A DNA stretch of 64,000 bases, from contig CAVWIP010000002.1 of NCBI GenBank assembly GCA_963755125.1, positions 1-64,000 of the forward strand, written 5' to 3'. Origin of the DNA: an uncultured delta proteobacterium. Its GTDB lineage: Bacteria; Myxococcota_A; Polyangia; Fen-1088. Each line of letters begins with the position of its first letter. Position 1 is the stretch's first letter. The position numbers were made by a program, and so were the translations under genes. The notes beneath the pieces are model-generated. The model saw only the letters and a list, made by a program, of their open reading frames with translations. It did not search any database and was not told the origin of the DNA. Positions 18,953 through 28,263 of the stretch are shown here, one piece after another.

Positions 18953-20620
18953 TCAGGGGTTGGCGAGTGTTGCGTAGGTACCTGGCGTCGCAAGACCCTG
19001 TTTGGCCCCCGTGATGATTCCACTGACAATTGTCGGGTAGGTTATAGCGCCAGTGGTTCTGTTGAATATTGCGTACGAGCCACCGTTGTCCCACCACACA
19101 GGACACATGCCAGCGGTTGTTGTGTCTTGAGAATAGGCCAGGGCATGCGCAGCCCTATTTGTCGTTGCTTGAGCACTCTCGGAGCCCCATTCGCCGATGA
19201 CGACGCCCCAGCCGGGCAACCAGCTCAGGAGCTGCGTGACGGAACTCGCCATGCTGGTGTAGTCCGAGGAGCTTCCCCAGGCGTAAGGAGTTGTGCTCAG
19301 ACCGAAATTAGTGGGCTCATAGGTGTGAATCGAGATAACGAGATTGGGGTCTTTGATAATGGTGGCCTGCAACATAGTGTTGATGCCTGACTGAGACGGG
19401 CTTGCGCCGATCGGTTGGATCATGATGACGCGCGTAGCGTTGGCTCCGCCGGTGCCACGGACCGCATTGACACACGCCGCGAGGTACAGATTGAGGGTAG
19501 CCCCGGCGTTGCCGCCACCACTGGTGCTATGAGGCTCGTTGAAACATTCGAACATGAGTTTGTTGCTGAAACCCGCGAAGGCAGTGGCGATCTGTGTCCA
19601 TACCGCCGTGACCTCAGCCGTCACGGGGGTGGGGTCGGTGGGGAAAGTAACCCATTCCCCATCAGCATCGTGGTGCGTATTGACGAAGACGTACATGCCA
19701 GCATCGATGGCCCACTGCGCGGTTTGTACCACCTGGGCCATCCACGTTGCATCGATGGTGTATGCGGGCGCGGCGCCAATGTGGTCTGTCCAGGTGACAG
19801 GGAGCCTCATGAGATTGAATCCCGCTGCGTGCACGGCATTGATCAGGGTCTGGTTGGGCGCGGGGTTTCCCCAGCTGGTCACCTGGGGAGCGCCATCGAA
19901 GGAGTTGCCTAGATTCCAACCCGGGGCCATGGCCTTGACCAGCGCTTGCAGGTCGGTGCTGGCTCCGCCGGCGGGCGTGGTCCCGCCGGTAGCCGTGGAT
20001 CCAGCGGCGGCCGTGGTGCCGCCAGCCCTTCCCCCGGTGGCCGTCGTGCCGCCCATTCTTCCGCCGCTGGGACTGCTACCGCCGGGGCCTCCCCCGGCAG
20101 CGCTGCTGCCACCGATTGTTCCCCCGACGGGACTGCTGCCACCGATTGTTCCCCCGACGGGACTGCTGCCACCGATTGTTCCCCCGACGGGACTGCTGCC
20201 ACCGGTTGTTCCCCCGACACCACTCCTACCGCCGGGCCCTCCCCCGGTGGCCGTCGAGCCGCCCGTTGCTGTGTTTCCTCCGGGCGCCGTGGACCCGCTG
20301 GTTACGCTGGAGCCACCCGTGACCGTGGATCCACCGGTGGCGCTGGGAGTGCTGCTCGCGGTGACGCCTCCCGCTCCGCTTGTCCCGCCCGTTGGCTGGG
20401 TGCTTCCCCCGGGTGGGACCTCGATCACGGAGTTGCCACCCGTTGCGACGGAACCCGCAGCGCTCGTGACGCCGCCCCCTCCAGCCGCCGTAGCGCCGCC
20501 CGTGCTGCCGCCGCTCCCCTTTGCAGAACCATTGTCGCTAGAACATGCACCTAGCACCAGTGCCAGTGAAAAGCCTGCCAGTACCGTGAGGCGAATCGAA
20601 TGCTGAGGGAGAGAAGTCAT
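18953..20620 (-). CDS. GH5 endoglucanase lipoprotein
   Basis: LGAC lipobox, GWNLGNSFD, RLPVTW, NTHHD, FECFNEP, VIGEWG, WWDNG. Confidence 0.92.
   Translation of the reverse strand: MTSLPQHSIRLTVLAGFSLALVLGACSSDNGSAKGSGGSTGGATAAGGGGVTSAAGSVATGGNSVIEVPPGGSTQPTGGTSGAGGVTASSTPSATGGSTVTGGSSVTSGSTAPGGNTATGGSTATGGGPGGRSGVGGTTGGSSPVGGTIGGSSPVGGTIGGSSPVGGTIGGSSAAGGGPGGSSPSGGRMGGTTATGGRAGGTTAAAGSTATGGTTPAGGASTDLQALVKAMAPGWNLGNSFDGAPQVTSWGNPAPNQTLINAVHAAGFNLMRLPVTWTDHIGAAPAYTIDATWMAQVVQTAQWAIDAGMYVFVNTHHDADGEWVTFPTDPTPVTAEVTAVWTQIATAFAGFSNKLMFECFNEPHSTSGGGNAGATLNLYLAACVNAVRGTGGANATRVIMIQPIGASPSQSGINTMLQATIIKDPNLVISIHTYEPTNFGLSTTPYAWGSSSDYTSMASSVTQLLSWLPGWGVVIGEWGSESAQATTNRAAHALAYSQDTTTAGMCPVWWDNGGSYAIFNRTTGAITYPTIVSGIITGAKQGLATPGTYATLANP
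20103..20219 (-). repeat. Intragenic 30-bp tandem repeat (~4 copies, GGTIGGSSPV)
   Basis: CTGCTGCCACCGATTGTTCCCCCGACGGGA repeated on the + strand. Confidence 0.9.
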
Positions 20621-21175
20621 CGCGAAACCTCCTGTTTTGAAGCGGTCCTTTCCTGAATGTGCTGATGACACCAGGGACCTTGTCTCGATTGATGGGCGCA
20701 AGTGAGCACGGACGTTATGAAAGACTGCCGCCCCAGTCGGGTGGGAGCCCGCCGGCTCAGCCGGCGGCACACCATCGCGAGAGGGGATGAAAATCCTTTC
20801 GGGGTTCTCACGTCAGAGCAGTAGCGCCAGAAGAAATTTCGGTCCAAACGGCCGGACGACGAGTCGCGTTAATCGGGGCAGCCCTGGCGCTATGCGTCTG
20901 CCGGGCATGGTGGGCGGAACCTCGAAACGGCTCGGGAGGCATTCCGCAGTCGTTGTGTCTGGTTTTTCAGGAGGCCGAGCCCTGATTGACGGATCCTGAT
21001 CGGCCGCTGCGGAGGGTTATGTCGCCAGCGCGGCGACACGCCTCGGCGTGTCACCAACGACTGGGGGATCCGATTCTGTGAAGGTCCCGCCTGTTCCTGG
21101 CCCTCTTGGCATTGTTCGCGCGCCTCATCGCCCTCGACGATTAGGGATCACTGATTCCGAAGGAGAACGCGATCT

Positions 21176-22795
21176 ATGTCGAACACACCATCCGCCACTC
21201 TTCCCTGCTGTTTTCGAATTTTGCACCTCTCCGGGCTATTCCTGGTCGCGGCAACCATCGGGAATTGCTCGAACACGGAGTCGCCAGTCAGCCGGCCCGA
21301 TTCGAGCGTTCCCAGTTCGAGCGCGCCGTCCTCCACCGGTGGGGCTACGGCCTCGGGAGGAACAACGACGGCCGAGGGGACGACCTCGACCGGCGGCACC
21401 GCTGCTACCGGCGGCGCGACCATGACCGGTGGGGTCAGCGCGAGCGCGGGCAGCTCTGGCAGTGGCGGTAACGTGAAGCCAGCTTCCAGTCCCGCCAGCA
21501 CTGGCGGCACCGGGGCAGGGGGGATCACCGGCAGTGGAGGCTCGGGGCAGACTGGTGGCACGACCTCGACTGGAGGCGCCGGCTCGACGGACACGGGCAC
21601 GAGCAACCGGGATGCCGGCGATACCGACGGGCGTGCGACACTGGATGCCGGCGGTGGCACCGGCGGAGTGCCGAGCCCCGGCGGAAGCGGGGGCACGGGC
21701 GGAGCCACGCCGACGGGCGGGACCACCAGCCCCGGCGGAAGCGGAGGCGCGGGCGGAGCTACGCGGACGGGCGGGACCACCAGCCCCGGCGGAAGCGGAG
21801 GCACGGGCGGAGCTACGGCGACGGGCGGGACCACGAGCACCGGCGGAACCGCCGGCACGGGTGGGACCACGAGCGCTGGCGGAACCACGGGAAGTGGCAC
21901 CACACCTGCCAACTGCACCGCCGTGCCGGTGGTACCCAACGCCACACAACAGACGCGCAACGTGTTGTGCTATCTGCACAGCATATACGGCAACGGCATC
22001 CTTTCGGGTCAGGAGGAGGACAACAACGACAATGGGATGAATACGGTCTTTGCGGCGACGGGAAAGTACCCGGCGATTCGAGCCTTCGACGTGAACAACA
22101 GTGAGGCGCCCACTCAATGTGTCACCCATTGGAACAACGGAGGCATCTGCATGTTCGGCTACCACATGGGCATCAACGGAGGAACCTACAGCACGCCGAC
22201 CAACATCACCAACGTGCTTACCGCGGGCACGGCGGAAAACACGAGCTTCAATGCCGATTTGGACCGAATTGCCCAATTCGTTACGCCGTTGAAGACGGCC
22301 GGCGGCGTCGCCATCCTGCGGCTGTTCCACGAAGCCGGCAATGGTTGTAGCTGGTTCTGGTGGTCCATGGGGACTTCAGCACAGTGGCAGAGTCTCTTCA
22401 AGTACGCGTTCGACTACTTGACCGCCACCAAGGGGCTCAACAATGTTCTGTTCCTGGCGCCTCTCTGTCAGCATCCAACTACAGCGTACAACCCTGGCGC
22501 GCAATACATCGATTTCGGCGGAGCGGACGACTATGTGGCGGCTGGGGACACGGAACCGCTGACCAGTCTGTTCCAGCAGACGGAAACCGCATTCCCCAAC
22601 ATGATGGTTGCGCTACATGAGTGCGGCACGATTCCAGATCCCGATCAGCTCCAGTCGACAGGTACGAAGTGGCTATTCTTCAACGTTTGGGCAAGCCCAT
22701 ACTTCAATGCGCCGTACAATACTACCGCCCATCTCCAGGAAGTCTATTCGAACACCTACGTAATCACCCGGGACAAACTGCCCAGTTTCAAGTGA
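21176..22795 (+). CDS. GH26 glycoside hydrolase lipoprotein
   Basis: ILSGQ, RLFHEAGNGCSWFWW, ALHECG, ITRDKLP; linker contains 60-bp repeats. Confidence 0.88.
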   Translation: MSNTPSATLPCCFRILHLSGLFLVAATIGNCSNTESPVSRPDSSVPSSSAPSSTGGATASGGTTTAEGTTSTGGTAATGGATMTGGVSASAGSSGSGGNVKPASSPASTGGTGAGGITGSGGSGQTGGTTSTGGAGSTDTGTSNRDAGDTDGRATLDAGGGTGGVPSPGGSGGTGGATPTGGTTSPGGSGGAGGATRTGGTTSPGGSGGTGGATATGGTTSTGGTAGTGGTTSAGGTTGSGTTPANCTAVPVVPNATQQTRNVLCYLHSIYGNGILSGQEEDNNDNGMNTVFAATGKYPAIRAFDVNNSEAPTQCVTHWNNGGICMFGYHMGINGGTYSTPTNITNVLTAGTAENTSFNADLDRIAQFVTPLKTAGGVAILRLFHEAGNGCSWFWWSMGTSAQWQSLFKYAFDYLTATKGLNNVLFLAPLCQHPTTAYNPGAQYIDFGGADDYVAAGDTEPLTSLFQQTETAFPNMMVALHECGTIPDPDQLQSTGTKWLFFNVWASPYFNAPYNTTAHLQEVYSNTYVITRDKLPSFK

Positions 22796-22810
22796 TCCAG
22801 CACCACGCTG

Positions 22811-23353
22811 TCACTGACCGGGAGGCGGGATTTCCGGGTTGGAAAGCACGTGGCGTTGGACATCGCTTGTCCAACTGGCACCGGGGTACTTTTCAATCAT
22901 CTTGAGCGCCTCGGAGTGGGCTTCCTCAACCCGTCCCAATCCGGTCAAGGACTTGCAAATGAACCACGTGCGCTCGACAGCATCAGCGCTGTTCGGGTAG
23001 CGGTCATTGCCTTCCCGCGCCAGTTTGAGAGACAGCTCCAGGTCGCTCGACCCCAGTTCGCGAATCTTCGCCATCAATGAGGCTTCGTCTTTGTAAAGGA
23101 TCTTGCCATGCGGCTTGCTCGCGTGTTCGGGGAGCGCGAGTCGCACGGGTGGTAGCGAGGCATCGGCAGGGTGGTACGCAAGATGAACCGGTTCGCGAGG
23201 CGCGGGCGGAGGTGGTGGGGGTGTCGCTGGTGGCGGCTTTCCGCCAGACAAGGCAACGATGCCAAGGACGACAGCGAGCGCCATGGTTGCACCTATGATG
23301 CCAGCCTTCTTGGACACTTTGCCAGTCTCCACATCGCGTGCATTCTTGGTCAT
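22811..23353 (-). CDS. Membrane-anchored hypothetical protein, TPR-like C-terminus
   Basis: One TM helix, Pro linker, helical domain; ATGA overlap with metF. Confidence 0.65.
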   Translation of the reverse strand: MTKNARDVETGKVSKKAGIIGATMALAVVLGIVALSGGKPPPATPPPPPPAPREPVHLAYHPADASLPPVRLALPEHASKPHGKILYKDEASLMAKIRELGSSDLELSLKLAREGNDRYPNSADAVERTWFICKSLTGLGRVEEAHSEALKMIEKYPGASWTSDVQRHVLSNPEIPPPGQ

Positions 23354-24273
23354 TTTGGCCGCTCCGGCCGCGGCGAAAGGCCAGCCGCTTTCACGATGCT
23401 CGGAACTGCGTCTTCGCTGGCCACGGCCATGATATGTACGCCGTGCACCCCAGACACGCGCTTCAGTTGCTCGATGGTTTCGACACAGATTCTGATGCCC
23501 TCCGCTTTCGCGTCCGCGGACCGCTCGATCCGTTGTACCAGCTCGTCTGGAAGTCGCATGCCCGGAACCCCGCTGCGCATCCGTCGTGCCATCTCGACCG
23601 ACTTGACGGGCAGCACGCTGGCCAGAATGTGCGCTTTCTCGTGCAGCCCCTGCTCCCTGACCTTGTCCATCCAGGCAAGGAAGCGCGGCAGTTCGTAGAT
23701 GGCCTGCGTCTGGATGAAGTCGGCACCGGCTCGGATCTTCTTGGCCAAGGTGATCATGTGGAGATCCAACGGATCGGCGAAGGGGTGGGCCACCGTGCCC
23801 AGATAGAGCGGCACTTCTCCCGAGATGGTCTCGCCACTTTCCACCCGGTGCTCATCTCGTAGTGTCTTAAGCATCTGAAGTAGCTGAATCGGGTCGACGT
23901 CGTAGGCACCCGCGGCAGTCGGATGGTTGCCCAAACGCTGGTGGTCACCGGCCAGGCAGAGGACGTTGCGAATTCCGAGGGCAGCGGCTCCCAAGATGTC
24001 GCTCTGTAGCGCCAGGCGGTTTCGGTCCCGCACCACCACTTGCAGAACGGGCTCCGCACCTGTCTGCATGAGCAGGAGACATCCGGCCAGGCTGGACATG
24101 CGCACCACAGCGGCTTGGTTGTCTGTGACGTTGATTGCATCACACGACGACTTGAGCAGCTCTCCTTTCTTGCGCATGCCGTCCGGCAAACTTCCCTTGG
24201 GAGGGCCGGCTTCGGCTGTCACGGCAAACGTACCACTTTCCAGGATCTCCTCCAGACGGCTACCGGATTTCAC
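23350..24273 (-). CDS. metF: Methylenetetrahydrofolate reductase MetF
   Basis: VTAEAGPPKG, NVTDNQ, RDRNRLALQSD, KKIRAGADFIQTQ, GVHIMA; GTG start 24273 (or ATG 24300). Confidence 0.88.
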   Translation of the reverse strand: MKSGSRLEEILESGTFAVTAEAGPPKGSLPDGMRKKGELLKSSCDAINVTDNQAAVVRMSSLAGCLLLMQTGAEPVLQVVVRDRNRLALQSDILGAAALGIRNVLCLAGDHQRLGNHPTAAGAYDVDPIQLLQMLKTLRDEHRVESGETISGEVPLYLGTVAHPFADPLDLHMITLAKKIRAGADFIQTQAIYELPRFLAWMDKVREQGLHEKAHILASVLPVKSVEMARRMRSGVPGMRLPDELVQRIERSADAKAEGIRICVETIEQLKRVSGVHGVHIMAVASEDAVPSIVKAAGLSPRPERPK

Positions 24274-24300
24274 GACTTTCTTTCTGCCTTCCTTATACAT

Positions 24301-26886
24301 TCATTGCGCCGCCACCCGTCCGACAATTCCCATTTCGGCCAGCGCGGCGGGCTTTCCGGACGGCAATCCAGTAAACGTCACGCGAGCAAATCGTCCTGTG
24401 ACTGCCGGCACAACCGCGTCCGTGCGCGATTTGTCGGTGGCGAGAGTGCGAGTTTGCTCCACACCCGATGTCCAGTGGACCTGGTCGTGGGAAAACTCAA
24501 TCCGGTAACGGTAGTTGCCCTCGGAGGGAAAGCCGATCCGGGTTTGCGACACGGAGACGACGCGCTCCAGGTCCACCTGCCACCAGGCGTTGGTCGTGGT
24601 GTCCCGCGCCTGCCAGAAGGTCGCGGGATTGCCGTCGTTGCCGAGGGCGGCGTGATGGCCGGGCGCTTCGCTACTGGCTTGGGTTGGATTGTGCAGACCA
24701 AACTGCGAATCGGTCTGAGCGCTCGCGCCGGACACCGCCTGTCTCTCGAAACGCAGGTAGGGACGCGGCTTCACTGGCGGCGTGACCCCGGAAATGAATC
24801 GCGGTTCGCCCAGCGACGTGATGGTGATGGTCGCCTGCTTGAGCCCGGGCGAACTGGCGCGGATCATGGTTTTGCCGGCGTGGTAGCAGCGGAATTCCAT
24901 CGCCGCCTGACCGTCGCGGATGGCGATGTCGGAATCCGGATCGAATGTAATGGAGGGGCCGGTGGGGAATTCACCCGGGCCGGAAACAATCGCCAGCGTC
25001 ACCGGGGGCGAGTTGCTCAACGCCCGGCCATCCTTGTCCACCACAGTGACGATGAGTTGCGCATCGTCCGTGCCGTCCACGGACTTCAGTGTGGTCTTGT
25101 CGGCGGTCAGTCTCAGCGCGGCGGGCGCGCCGGACACCGGCCAGACGGGGGGCGGAATGTGCCGGTACTCGTTGCGATACCAGTACCACTGCCGCTTGGG
25201 CAAACGGAAGTAGTCGACCATTCCCATTCCGCCGAAGCGCCGCCCGGCAATGCTGCCGTGATCGAACGCGCACCAGAGCGCCTCGCCACTGCGCCAAGGA
25301 TAGCGCCAGAAAAATGGCGGCAATTTGTCGCCCGGGCCGTCCATCAGGTCACCCCAGCCCGGCGCGTATTCGCCGGGCCGGTCAACCATGGTCGAGCCGT
25401 ATTCGGTCACCACATTGGGCAAGCCGGGATTGATGAACAGCCGCGCGCCGTCCCCGTTGTAGCCGGCAATGTCGCCGAGTTTGTCCAGGTCGCCGCGCTG
25501 GCAGCCGCCGATGGCCGCCGGTCGGGTCGGATCCAGTTCGTGCGAATACGCGACCAGTGCTTTCAAAAAGGCCGCGACCTTGGGCAGCGTAGACTTCTCC
25601 GTGAAGAACACCTCGTTGTCCATGCTCCACACGATGATGCTGGGATGGTTGCGATTGATGCGGATCATGTCGCGCAGGGCGTCCTTCACACTCTGTTCAA
25701 AATCCGGCTGATCATCAGGCTCCGGTGGATAGGCGCTGCTGCCCCAGGGATCCTTGAAGCCGGCCGTGCCCCAGAAGGAATTCTCCGACCAAAACAAGAC
25801 CCCCAGCCGGTCGCACGCATCCACAAACGCCGGCGCGTGGGGATAATGGGAGCCGCGAATGAAATCGAAACCGGCGTCCTTCACCATCTTGACGTCGCGA
25901 AAGAAGCCGCTGTCAGCCACCGCGTCGCCCCAGCCTGCATGATCCTGGTGCGCGTTCACGCCCTTGAAGTAGTAATGCGCACCATTCAGCAAGAATCCCC
26001 GGTCCGCTGTCCACTTGAACCAACGAAGACCAAACGTCGTTTGAAATTGGTCGGCCTTTCTGCTGCCGGCGGACACCTCGCTCGCCGCCTTGTAGAGGAA
26101 CGGATGGTCGGGATGCCACAGCTTTGGTCTGGCAATGGGGTCGGTGGTCTGGTCGAATGTCACGGTGGTTCCGGCGGGAACCGATTGCATGGAAGAAACG
26201 CTGGCGATGGCCTTTCCATCGGGATCGACAATCGTCGTTTTCAGCACACAGGTTTTCGCCGCGGCGCTGTCGTTGCGAATCTCCGTCTTCACATTCACCG
26301 TGCCGGATTGCTGGGAAACCTGCGGCGTGGTGACGAACGTGCCATACCAGGTGACGTGCAGTGCCTCGGTCGCGACCATCCGCACGTCGCGGTAGATGCC
26401 GCCGCTGAAAACGTGTTCGCCTGCGCGCGGGGCGAGCCGCGGATTCCACTGGTTGTTGAGGCGCACGGCCACCACGTTGCCGCCGGTCTTCACTGCGCCG
26501 GTGATGTCCAGAGAAAACCCCGTGTAACCGCCCTTGTGTTCACCGAGGCGCTGTCCGTTGACGAAGATTTCCGCGTCCTGGAACGCGCCGTCGAATTCAA
26601 GAAACAACCGTTTGCCGGCCCATTTCGCCGGTAGGTCAAAATGTTTTCGATACCAGCCGTAGCCGACATAGAACCGCGGTGACGCGAAGTAGGGAAGGCT
26701 GAAAGAGTGCGGTAGTCCAATCTCATCCCACCTCTGGTCATCGTAGCCGGGGGCCTGCGCTCCGGGATGATCGCCCAGCAGAAATTTCCACTCGCGGTTG
26801 AAATTGATGGTCTGGCGCGGCAGTTCCGCGGCGGCCAGCGCGGTTCCCCAAAACAGGGCGGCCAGAAAGGGGAGAGCCTTTTGCAT
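24301..26886 (-). CDS. GH2 glycoside hydrolase with C-terminal F5/8 (CBM32-like) domain
   Basis: HKGGYTGF, SGGIYRDV, GVNAHQD, NHPSIIVWSMDNE, TEYG, DGNPATFW..WWQVDL; signal peptide from MQKAL. Confidence 0.92.
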   Translation of the reverse strand: MQKALPFLAALFWGTALAAAELPRQTINFNREWKFLLGDHPGAQAPGYDDQRWDEIGLPHSFSLPYFASPRFYVGYGWYRKHFDLPAKWAGKRLFLEFDGAFQDAEIFVNGQRLGEHKGGYTGFSLDITGAVKTGGNVVAVRLNNQWNPRLAPRAGEHVFSGGIYRDVRMVATEALHVTWYGTFVTTPQVSQQSGTVNVKTEIRNDSAAAKTCVLKTTIVDPDGKAIASVSSMQSVPAGTTVTFDQTTDPIARPKLWHPDHPFLYKAASEVSAGSRKADQFQTTFGLRWFKWTADRGFLLNGAHYYFKGVNAHQDHAGWGDAVADSGFFRDVKMVKDAGFDFIRGSHYPHAPAFVDACDRLGVLFWSENSFWGTAGFKDPWGSSAYPPEPDDQPDFEQSVKDALRDMIRINRNHPSIIVWSMDNEVFFTEKSTLPKVAAFLKALVAYSHELDPTRPAAIGGCQRGDLDKLGDIAGYNGDGARLFINPGLPNVVTEYGSTMVDRPGEYAPGWGDLMDGPGDKLPPFFWRYPWRSGEALWCAFDHGSIAGRRFGGMGMVDYFRLPKRQWYWYRNEYRHIPPPVWPVSGAPAALRLTADKTTLKSVDGTDDAQLIVTVVDKDGRALSNSPPVTLAIVSGPGEFPTGPSITFDPDSDIAIRDGQAAMEFRCYHAGKTMIRASSPGLKQATITITSLGEPRFISGVTPPVKPRPYLRFERQAVSGASAQTDSQFGLHNPTQASSEAPGHHAALGNDGNPATFWQARDTTTNAWWQVDLERVVSVSQTRIGFPSEGNYRYRIEFSHDQVHWTSGVEQTRTLATDKSRTDAVVPAVTGRFARVTFTGLPSGKPAALAEMGIVGRVAAQ

Positions 26887-27034
26887 GAGTGACTGATTTC
26901 TAACACATCCCCGTGCGAGCGGAAGGTCGACCAGGCGGCGTGCAGCGGCACCAGGCCAAGAATCAGCGAGAGAAGCGCGACAGGCAGCAGTCCAGCCAGC
27001 AGGGCTCCGACCACCGCGCCCGTGGTGGTGGCTA

Positions 27035-28243
27035 GTGCTGCCGGCCAGAAATTTGCGTAGGGATGCAGATTGAGGCTTGATGTGAGGCATGAAAGACATG
27101 GCGACCAGGTCGGCTTGGCCCGGCCCAGCGTCGCCGCGAGTGATTCACCTCAAACGGCAGCTCAAGAAGAAGCTCCGTCGCCTGGTACGAGCCGGAACGA
27201 CGGAGAATCGCATGGCGACGCGGGCACGGGTCGTCCTGATGCGGGACGAAGGGGTGCCCATCGAGGTAATCGCGCGGCGAATGCAGATCAACCACGGCAC
27301 AGCACGCAAGTGGTGCGACCGGTTCATCGACGGCGGCATCGACGGTCTTCGCGACCGGCCCAGGTCGGGCCGACCGCGCACTCTCTCTCTGGAGAGCAGC
27401 GTATCTCCCTGATCGCGCTGGCATGTCGGCCCCCGTGGGAAGCTGGCAACGTGCTCAGCCACTGGTCGGCGGCGGAACTGCGGGACGCCTTCGCGGCATC
27501 GGCTGACGGAGCCGACATTGGCACGCGCACGGTGGCACGCGTTCTCGATGAGGCGGAGATCCAGCCGCACCGGATCAGGTACTTCCTGACCAGCCGAGAC
27601 CCCGAGTTCGACCAGAAGCGGCGGGACATCGTGGGCTTGTACCTGCGGCCACCCGAAGGCGCGACGGTGTTGTGTCTCGACGAGAAACCCAGTATTCAGG
27701 CGCTCGGCCGGAAGAACCCTGACCTGCCGCTGTGTCCTGGGCGGCCGTTGTACCGGGAGTTCGAGTACGTGCGCCACGGCGTGGTCCACCTTTTCGCGGC
27801 GTTCAACACGCGCAGCGGGCAGGTGCTGGGGGAAGTCCAGGAGAAGAAGACGCGGTTCGAGTTCATCGAACTTCTGGACTTGTGCGCCTGGCACTATAAG
27901 CGCGGGGAAGTCCACTGCATCCTCGACAACGCCCAGTACCACAAGGCACCGGAGGTCAAGGACTGGCTCGCCGCTCACCCACGGTTCCAGTTCCACTTCA
28001 CGCCCACGCATGGTTCCTGGCTCAACCAGGTCGAGCTGTGGTTTCAGCAGCTCTCTGCCAAGGTCTTGCGTCGAGGCGTGTTCAATTCCACGGATGAACT
28101 ACACTCGGCGATTATGGCGTTCATATCCCGCTGGGACGCCCATCCCCATCGGTTCAACTGGGTATACGGCGCCGAGTTCCTTGACGAAGAGGTCCTTCGC
28201 CATGCGGCATGACATCCCCTCAACAACTTCTGGCCGGCGGCAC
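27035..28243 (+). mobile_element. IS630-family insertion sequence; transposase split between two frames
   Basis: 16-bp TIRs (15/16 match), TA duplication; HTH ORF 27089..27412 with RSGRP; DDE part CLDEK, YVRHG, LDNAQYH, SWLNQVE to 28212. Confidence 0.95.
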
Positions 28244-28263
28244 TAGTTCAAGAAACATCCGGC

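Noticed and set aside
20103..21850. Regular short repeats as a possible CRISPR array
   Set aside because: In-frame linker repeats with no unique spacers and no cas genes
24040..26634. 864-aa plus-strand ORF
   Set aside because: Antisense shadow of GH2, typical of high-GC DNA
26887..27099. Tracked N-terminal extension of GH2 into the IS630 end
   Set aside because: The signal peptide starts at MQKAL (26886); the IS does not interrupt the gene
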